Part shown: positions 54,954 through 64,000 of the stretch, piece by piece
Numbering within the stretch: the first letter of the stretch is position 1
How the letters are laid out: every line of letters begins with the position of its first letter
Source: Octopus sinensis
Lineage: Eukaryota
Length of the DNA stretch: 64,000 nt
Direction of reading: 5' to 3'
Assembly (NCBI RefSeq): GCF_006345805.1
Contig: NC_043017.1
Span: 27,962,001 to 28,026,000 of the forward strand
Made by a program: the position numbers and the translations under genes
The notes under the pieces: generated by a model
Told to the model about the DNA's origin: nothing
Seen by the model: only the letters and a program-made list of their open reading frames with translations
Database searches by the model: none

Positions 54954-54974
54954 ATATATATATATATATATATA

Positions 54975-55128
54975 CTTTATTTCAAACTGTCCGACGAACA
55001 GGAACGTGAAACTGAGAGTAACAGGTTTTGTTGAATTTCTGCTCCTTTGAAATAAAGCATATTACTCTACGCCTGGTATTTGAGTAGTCTTTTTTCCACC
55101 GTGTTTCACATTTATGTGTTTACTCCGG
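54975..55128 (+). mobile_element. Family D element, second copy (inverted arm reduced to 12 bp)
   Basis: Homologous to 964-1107. CTGT-CCGACGA-AC AGGAAC GT-GAAAC-TGAGA-GTA-ACAG at 54987-55024. CTTTATTTCAAA/TTTGAAATAAAG inverted piece. Confidence 0.7.
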
Positions 55129-55148
55129 TATATATATATATATATATA

Positions 55149-55335
55149 GGAAAGGTTACGAAAAAAACAAAAGACGAAGACAGGTGGTGTACAAAACAAA
55201 CAGATGTATTAGTATAACGCTCAGGAATAGAAAAAGTCTTTTACGTTTCGAGCCTACGCTCTTCTACAGAAAAGTACACAGAAAAAACAAGGAGAGAAAA
55301 ATGTGTGTAGTGGATAACGATCTATCATGGCGACT
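55149..55335 (-). mobile_element. Family F short element
   Basis: Between (TA)n runs, directly after the family D copy. Motif at 55238-55273. Confidence 0.75.
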
Positions 55336-56117
55336 ATATATATATATATATTATATATATATATAATATATATATTATATATATATGTACTCTTTTCAGT
55401 ATATCAAGACTAAAACATAACTGGTCCACATCTTCCTATGCAAAATTGTATCAGCTTCTCGCCACGCGCACAGTCCCTCCTTTGATTATGGATGACACTG
55501 TAACACAAGATTACTGTATTAACATTAGCGTTTACTGGCTACTGTTATTTATAGATTTTTGTCATTCATTGAACTACATTTTCCGTTATAGGAAAATTTA
55601 TTGAACAGATATTTTTCAGAAAAATTTAAAGAAAGCGTTCAAAATAATTTCGACTATGAATTCTTATCTGATAAAATTTAATTCTCAGTTGATACGAAAA
55701 TATGTGATATCACACAATGTATAGAAGTAGAATCGAAGCTATCGGAGATAGAGTAATATCTACAATCATGAAAGAGTAGATACAATACAGCACCATTGTT
55801 AGGAAATTTAACTGAAAATATAAGAAGAGAATCAAAATTAAAAAACAAGAATGCATCGCTAATGTTGTCGATATTGTTTTCATTTGTCCCGTTGAATTAT
55901 CTTTTAAAAGAAATAACAATTGCACTTTACAGACCATTATAAGATTTTGTATTCGAAACAAAACCTGTCTAGACAAGAGTATAAAAGTTAATATCACGTT
56001 CTTCGTTCATTGTCTAACTATTATTTTCATATAAGATATACCGTATGGGCGTATCTATGTATGTATCAACTTATATCCGTATGTTATGTGTGTGTGTGTG
56101 TGTGTGTGTGCGCGTGT

Positions 56118-56391
56118 GCTTATAGCAAGATACGTACATAGATGTGCATAAAAATATATACCTTTCTCGGCATACGTGTACGCAAAGACATAAATACTTA
56201 CCTACCTACACACACACATATATATACACACACACACACATATACACACACACAATATATATATATATACACACACACACATATATATATTACACACACA
56301 TATATATATATACACACACACACATATATATACACACACACACACATATGTATATATACACACACACAAATATACACACACACATATAGAT

Positions 56392-56427
<36 letters not shown>

Positions 56428-56470
56428 TTATATATATACATATATATTTATATATATATATATATATATT

Positions 56471-56515
<45 letters not shown>

Positions 56516-56744
56516 ATCTCTCTCTCTCTCTCTCAGGACGTATGTACAGTGTTCTATGAATCTATTAATAAGTCACAGAAACAGGAACTCCTTTTATAGC
56601 TATCAATATAGGTATATTATCATTTGTAGAAATTAATATTATCGACAGATTTGAGCCGATTTAGTGTCTTGAGAAAGATTCAAACGCGGTAAACATCAGA
56701 AGGACCTCTAGGATGATAACTTGGATATCAGAAAATATCATAAT
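56118..56744 (+). repeat. Uninterrupted paralogue of the PLE insertion site
   Basis: 56118-56215 matches 46197-46290, and 56545-56744 matches 52628-52828. Confidence 0.85.
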
Positions 56745-57189
56745 CTGTTTGTGTGTGTTGTTAAAATCCTTAAACGTAAGAGAACCTGGGAGATTTTTAT
56801 TGGAGTTAAAGACCAAGTGTTCTATCATTTGTAAGAGCCAGATCTCCTGTATGGGCGGGAAGGGTTTCAGTTGCGTTCATTGAGTGGTGTGGAGTCACAA
56901 CACACAAACACACATATATATATGGAGCGCAGGAAACAGATAGGAGAGATAATGAACACGTACTAATATCTGTGACACAAATACATAGCTATAGGACCAA
57001 GCGAAAAATCAATTTCACAAACACTGGTTCACATATCAGAAGAACCATAGATTCCTGGAAGTGCCTAATGCCTGAAATATATTTCGCATAACATGGTGAA
57101 TATACAAATGCATTACGCATAGGCTCACTTACATATGCATTCATACATGAGTCTATATAACCGCATTTCTAGTGTTTGTTTATTATTTC

Positions 57190-57215
57190 GCATATATATT
57201 TAAATGTATATATTC

Positions 57216-57296
<81 letters not shown>

Positions 57297-57984
57297 GTAT
57301 AAAATATGTGTGTGTGTGTGTGTGTATAAATATATGTGTGTTGTGGTGTGTGTGTATAATATATGTGTGTGTGTGTGTGTGGTATAAATATATGTGTGTG
57401 TGTGGTGTGTATAAAAATATGTGTGTGTGTGTGTGTGTATAAATATATGTGTGGTGTGTGTTGTGTGTATAATATATATGTGTGTGTGTGTGTGTGTGTA
57501 TAATATATGTGTGTGTGTGTGTGGTGGTATAAATATATGTGTGTGTGTGTGTGTGTATAAATATATGTATGTGTGTGTGTCTATATAAATATATATATGT
57601 GTGTGTGTGTGTATAGATAAATATATATATTCATATGTGCGTGTGTGTGTATATATAAATATATATATATGTGTGTGTATAAATATATATATATTCATAT
57701 ATATATATATATATAGGTGTGTGTGTGTGTATGAATATATATGTGTGTGTGTGTGTATATGTATATATTCATATATATATATGTGTGTGTCTGTGTGTGT
57801 ATATAAATGTATATATTCATATATATATATATGTGGTGTGTATATATGTATATATTCATATATATATATATGTGTGTGTGTGTATATATAAATGTATATA
57901 TTCATATATATATTATATATATATGTGTGTGTATATATATAAATGTATATAATATTTTACATATATATGTGTGTGTGTGTGTGT
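57190..57984. repeat. (TA)/(TG) microsatellite with ~25-30-bp higher-order unit
   Basis: Recurring ATAAATATAT(GT)n and GTATATATTCATATATAT units. Confidence 0.9.
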
Positions 57985-58488
57985 TTAGTGTGCGGGATTG
58001 TGACTTTCTGGTTAAATATGGAGTCACCGACTTCTGATGCAGGATCTGCATTCAGGTAAACTGCGCATTCTCAGGAATTAATAATATTTGTTTTTATTTT
58101 TACTAAGCACGGCATCTCTTCTGTCATATATATGAATATATATATATATATATATAAACACATATGTACGTATACTCATACACCCCTAAATATATATGTA
58201 TATATGTATGTATATTCATTGGATATGTAGATAAACATAAATATAATGATGACGAAGAAAATAATAATAATAATGAGGGCAATGATAATATTACAACTAC
58301 TATTATTAATAGTATTAGTAGTTGCTGGAAAACACTATTAATATCAATAATAAAAATAGAAATAACATTTTAAGAGGATAACAAAAATGTATAAATAACT
58401 ATAACAACAACAATAGTGATAATAACAATAATAATAAGATGATGATGAAGAAAAATAAAAATAAAAAGATAAAGAATTATTAGGACTA

Positions 58489-58523
<35 letters not shown>

Positions 58524-59071
58524 TCATTATAACAGCAACAACATTAATAATAATAATAATAATAATAATATATGTGATGCTGACGATGAGGATGCTGATG
58601 ATGCTTATGATGTTGAATGGATCAATAAATTCGAGTGAGTGAGTCAGAGGGACTCTTTCTTCTCATCATGTTACGGAGCCAATGGCTGTGGTCGCAGAAT
58701 ACTGACTTTCCAATGTTAATCGTATGCAAAGTAACTTCCAGAGGCTTTTCTTGAAGCTAGTATACACATCAATAAGCAGCAATCCTCTCAACCATCACAG
58801 ATTTCCCACGAAACGCTGATATGCCTAAATATCCTACTTTATTGGAAATGATGGTTTTCGAAATTTCCAGTCGATATTCCATCGTCGAACAATTTCTAGT
58901 GTTAGCTTCGTTACAGTGGAAAAGTCTACTAGAATCCACAAATATATAGAATTCATAAATGTAGCAAAGTAGGTTTCACCCATTTACGCAGCTATAACAT
59001 TTATGTGTGTATACATACATAAATGTTTGTATGTATGTATGCATGCATATATGTATGTATATATATGTTTG

Positions 59072-59152
<81 letters not shown>

Positions 59153-59178
59153 TAGATATATATATACACACACACACA

Positions 59179-59557
59179 CTCTCTTTACTCTTTTACTTGT
59201 TTCTGTCATTTGACTGTGGCCATGCTGGATCACTGCCTTTAGTCGAGAAAATCGACCCCAGGACTTATTCTTAGTAAACCTAGTACTTATTCTATCGGTC
59301 TCTTTTCCTGAACCGCTAAGTTATGGGGGCGTAAACACATCAGCATATGCTGTCAAGCTATGTTGGGGGGTACAAACACATACACACAAGCATACACACA
59401 CACACACATATATATATACACATATGTATATACTATGGACTTCTTTCAGTTTCCGTCTACCAAATCCACTCACAAGACTTTGGTCGGCCCGAGGTTATAG
59501 CAGAAGACATTTGCCCAAGTTGCCTCGCAGTGAGACTGAACAGCCACTTCTACGCCT
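59179..59557 (-). mobile_element. SINE family A, upstream of the receptor exon
   Basis: Match with a deletion in the head. Confidence 0.88.
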
Positions 59558-59759
59558 ATATATGTATATTTATGTACTATGATATAATTATATATAAAAC
59601 GTATATAATTATACATATACATATATATTTATATATATGCATGCATACATACATACATACGTACATATATACGTTCATAAATTTATATTTACATAATTCT
59701 TGCTTATATATCTTTTGAAATGTTTAACTTCATTTTTCGTTTCTCTTGTGTATTTCTAG

Positions 59760-59921
59760 GTGGGCTGTTTGGTGAGAACGATGAAGACCCCAGCGTAGAG
59801 AATACATTCAAATATGCTCTTTACAGATTAAATCATGACCGCACGATTTTGGAAAAGACAAAGGTCATATATGACATCCAGCGTGTACCTCCACACGACG
59901 GCTTTTTAGCATCTAAGAAAG
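59760..59921 (+). CDS. Internal coding exon of an ionotropic glutamate receptor (kainate-like), start of the amino-terminal (LIVBP-like) domain
   Basis: Seen: pyrimidine tract ending in tttctAG (59758-59759), a 162-nt open exon, and donor AAG|GTAAGT (59922). Phase 1-1. Translation (G)GLFGENDEDPSVENTFKYALYRLNHDRTILEKTKVIYDIQRVPPHDGFLASKK. Knowledge: matches the kainate-receptor ATD pattern GGIF...AF..A...IN..R.LL..T.L.YD.Q.I...DSF.ASKK. Subfamily not resolved and no other exon found. Confidence 0.88.
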
Positions 59922-59969
59922 GTAAGTGAATTCCCATACATTTGGTAATATAAACATATATATGTATAT

Positions 59970-60390
59970 AGGGAAAGTTTACGAAAAAAAAAAAAGACGA
60001 AGACAGGTGGTGTACAAAACAAACAGATGTATTAATATAGCGCTCAGGAATAGAAAATGTCTTTTATGTTTCGAGCCTACGCTCTTCTACAGAAAGGGAC
60101 ACAGAAAAATCAAGGAGAGAAAAAGGAGAGAAACAAGGAAAGAAAAAAATGTGTGTTGTGGATAACGATCTATCATGACGAGAAAGCACCGGATATATAT
60201 ATATATATATATAGGGAACGTTTACAAAACCAAAAAGACGAAGACAGGTGGTGTACAAAGCAAACAGATGTATTAGTTTAGCGCTCAGGAATAGAAAATG
60301 TATTTTATGTTTCGAGCCTACGCTCTTCTTCAGAAAGGTACACAGAAAAAAGAAGGAGAGAAAAAAATGTGTGTAGTGGCTAACGATCTA
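59970..60390 (-). mobile_element. Two tandem family F elements separated by (TA)n, ~50 bp downstream of the receptor exon
   Basis: Copies at 59970-60192 and 60213-60390. The second has the canonical core CTGAAGA (60302-60337, minus strand). Confidence 0.75.
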
Positions 60391-61159
60391 CATATATATA
60401 TATATAATATATACATATATATATATGTATATATATACATATATATATATGTACTGAAACTAATACTGCTTTCGTTGCGCATAGCTTAACATCATCCAGC
60501 CATTGGTTTTATCACTTAAATTATTCTCTATATCATTAACGATGTATCATGGTCTTTGCATTTACTTTGCAATAGAAACTAGTTGCTGACGATGCTTTAT
60601 TTAGTAAAATGCACATCTAGCAATGCACCAGCGTCGGTCTTGTACGATTTCCGTCTGCTTTTGTATTTGGCAAATACTGTAGTTACTAACTTTCTGTTTA
60701 TATTAAGTACGATGCATAGTTATAATCATGTATCTATATAGGCCTTCTTATATTTTAGTGTATCTGATGGGAAATACGATATTATTTATGTATGTCATGA
60801 TAAGAAATGTCCACAAGGCAGTCGCTTGCGATTTTATTGACTTTCATTTGATATCATCGGAAAGAAATATCATAGATTCTCTTTACGATGGAATATTTAG
60901 TCCAGCGTAACAATATACTACAGACACAAATATTGGAGAGCGTAAACAGTACAATATATTAAGATATGAATATATACGTTTTAAATTGTAAAATATATTA
61001 AGATATTAATATATGTCGTCAATAGTAAAAATATGAAGATATGAATGAAGATATGAATAGATAAGTTTTAAATAGCAAATTGTATTGAAATAGGAATATA
61101 TAATTGTTAGATAGTAAAATATATCCAAATATGATTGTAATGGCAAAATATATTAAGAT

Positions 61160-61341
61160 AGGCGCAGGAGTGGCTGTGTGGTAAAAAGCTTGTATCCCAA
61201 CCACGTGGTTCAGAGTTCAGACCCATTGCGTTGCAACTTGGGAAAGTGTCTTCTGGCATAGCCTCGAGCCGACCAAAGACTTGTGAGTGGATTTGGTAGA
61301 CGGAAACTGAAAGAAGCCCGTCGTATATATATATATATATA

Positions 61342-61378
<37 letters not shown>

Positions 61379-61600
61379 TCTGTGTGTGTGTTTGTGTATG
61401 TTTGTCTCCCCATCACCGCCTTACAACCGGTGTTGGTGTGTTTGCGTTCACGTAACTTAGCGGCTCGGTTAAGCGTCCGATAGAATAAATACCAGGCGTT
61501 AAAATAAGTACTGTGCTCGATTCATTCGACTAAAAAAAAATCTAGGCGGTGCTCCAGCATGGCTGCACTCCAGCAACTCAAACAAGTACTAGATAAAAGA
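61160..61600 (+). mobile_element. SINE family A, downstream of the receptor exon
   Basis: Full-length, diverged match. Confidence 0.88.
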
Positions 61601-62007
61601 TGTGTATATGTCTTAAATGTTATGATGTGTTAAAATATATTAAGATATGAATATTAAATCTCTGTAGTTTCTATATCTCAGAGCTGTAAGACATCCAAGC
61701 AAATATTATCCAATAAAACACTCGTTGCCTGCAGAGAAGTGAACAGACATGTGAATTATGTAAGAAAAATAATAATATGCCAGTCTCCTGGAGTTTTTCT
61801 TAACATATGTTTGATCACGGTCGTAATATCTTAGCCATTATGACAAGCATAAGTGAGAGCAGAGTGTCATATATGTATGACGTGTATGTGGGTGTGTAGG
61901 TAGGTCGGTAGGTTTGTACTTAGGTAAGGCTATTAAATATGTGTATATATGAATCTGTTCGAGTGTTTGTGGATGAGACTATAATTGAATATAAGTCAAA
62001 TATTATA

Positions 62008-62519
62008 TCTTTATATATTAAACTGTAGTTGTGTGAGTGTCTGTCCCCTTCGATTTAGATTCCTAACTACTCCCACATTTTGCGGTGCAGTTTAACCAAA
62101 ACCGAGTATCTTATAGTCGTGATTCATATCGAGCCCTTCTGGGTATTAGCGCGCGTCTACGATGAGTCTACGATTTTTAAAATAATTTAACATCATTTTT
62201 TATTCCATTTTAATGCATAAAATGCATCGTGTGTCGATGGCGGCGGAGTTGGCGTCCACGCTCACAGCTGCACCTGTTTGCTTCTCCCCCTTCCCTCCCT
62301 CGTGAAGCTGTGGGGAAGGGAGTGTAAAGAAATCAACGTCGTAATGCGTTGTGAAGGAAACCAGCGTTCTTTTAGAACAACGACTTCATGGCTCGAAGAC
62401 ACCAAAACAAAAATGGCTAAGAAAGCCCGAATTGGCATCTATAAGGGAAGTAACTCTCTAAAAATGCTTATATAGTTATTTCCCTTACAAACCCGAGCAA
62501 CGCCGGGCGATACTGCTAG
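62008..62519 (+). mobile_element. Non-autonomous Helitron
   Basis: A|TC 5' end (62008), subterminal GC hairpin CCCGAGCAACGCCGGG (62492-62507), 3' CTAG|T (62516-62519), no TSD. Confidence 0.8.
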
Positions 62520-62610
62520 TTATATATAAACATTATCATGATTAGAACTACAGAACCACCGCTTGAGTAGATCTACAGAACACTGGTATCAATATGTAAA
62601 TAAACTATAT

Positions 62611-63226
62611 ACTGTTTTACTGTTTTACTTGTTTCAGTCATTTGACTGTGGCCATGCTGGAGCATCACCTTTAAGTTGAGCAAATCGACCCCGGGACTTA
62701 TTCTTTGTCAGCCTAGTACTTATTCTATCGGTCTCTTTTGTCGAACCGCTAGGTTACGGGGAGGTAAACACACCAGCATCGGTTGTCAAGCGACGTCGGT
62801 GGGGACAAACACAAGCCACACACACACACATATCTCTCTTTACTCTTTTTTACTTGTTTCAGTCATTTGACTGCGGCCATGCTGGAGCACCGCCTTTAGT
62901 CGAGCAAATCGACCCCGGGACTTATTCTTTGTAAGCCCAGTACTTATTCTATCGGTCTCTTTTGCCGAACTACTAAGTGACGGGGACGTAAACACACCAG
63001 CATCGGTTGTCAAGCAATGCTAGGGGGACAAACACAGACACACAAACACACACATATATATATACATATATACGACAGGCTTCTTTCAGTTTCCGTCTAC
63101 CAAATCCACTCACAAGGCATTGGTCGGCCCGGGGCTATAGCAGAAGACACTTGCCCAAGATGCCACGCAGTGGGACTGAACCCGGAACCATGTGTTGGTT
63201 AGCAAGCTACTTACCACACAGCCACT

Positions 63227-63271
<45 letters not shown>

Positions 63272-63435
63272 CACACATATATACGACGGGCTTCTTTCAG
63301 TTTCCTTCTACCAAATCCACTCACAAGGCTTTGGTCAGCCCGAGGCTATAGTGGAAGACAGTTACCCAATGTGCCACGCAGTGACACTGAACCCGGAACG
63401 ATATGGTTCGTAAGCCAGCTACTTACCACATAGCC
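62611..63435 (-). mobile_element. Nested SINE family A: full copy (62835-63228) inside the microsatellite of an older copy
   Basis: The 3' half (62611-62830) and 5' half (63281-63435) of one copy flank a complete second copy. Confidence 0.85.
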
Positions 63436-63462
63436 ATACATACATACATAAATATATATATA

Positions 63463-63495
<33 letters not shown>

Positions 63496-64000
63496 CATAC
63501 ATACACACATACTTATATACATACATATAAATACCTATGAATATCATATAATATATTGTATAAATATTATATAAAATATATATATATATATACATTTTTG
63601 TCTATTAAATGAAGGCATGCTAAGTGGTTTGTGAATTGCTTTCAACTTTACATTTAAAATATAATTTTTTTTCATGCATCGTCATTAAATCTCGCTAATA
63701 GCTTCATTTAAATTGATAAACACTTTCGTCTCTCTGAGTAGTTCCACGTTTGTTATATGTGTCTACACATATAAGGCGAAGTATTGGACTAACATGCGAG
63801 TTATATTATATATTTTTCAGCTATGCTTACGAGAAATGTGTATATTGTTTGAGTTTTTGGTTCTGTCTTGCTTAAATTATCCCAGATTTTCGGTCTTATT
63901 TTGGAAAATATCTATGCGAGAATAAGTTGTGCTTGCGTATTACGGCCTCACGTGGAGGTGCGTGGCTTATTGGTTAGGGCGTTGGACTCCTGATCGTAAG

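Noticed and set aside
57989-58055. AG...CAG|GTAAAC exon-like segment upstream of the receptor exon
   Set aside because: The only open frame ends in phase 2, incompatible with the phase 1 acceptor at 59760.

Overview
AT-rich, microsatellite-saturated animal DNA, most likely octopus/cephalopod. This is inferred from the SINE families and was not searched. Almost all of it reads as intron or intergenic sequence. Only one convincing host exon is visible: 59760-59921 (+), a phase 1-1 exon encoding the start of the amino-terminal domain of an ionotropic (kainate-like) glutamate receptor. The rest is three abundant SINE families, LINE remnants (CR1/L2, RTE, R4/Dong-like), a mariner fossil, a piggyBac-type MITE and a non-autonomous Helitron. 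The largest element is a 6.2-kb Penelope-like element (PLE) at 46328-52523. It has two ~2.4-kb inverted arms (GIY-YIG endonuclease plus 3' region) around a broken RT, and each arm carries a type I hammerhead ribozyme. The main hunt result is that several unrelated short elements, mostly in (TA)n, carry minimal hammerhead-like folds with visible covariation, including a G3-C8 swap of the core C3-G8 pair. Some of them also reproduce the inverted-arm architecture in miniature. Most ORFs in the supplied track are microsatellite artefacts. Repeat boundaries are by eye and approximate (about +/-10 nt). No database search or folding program was run.
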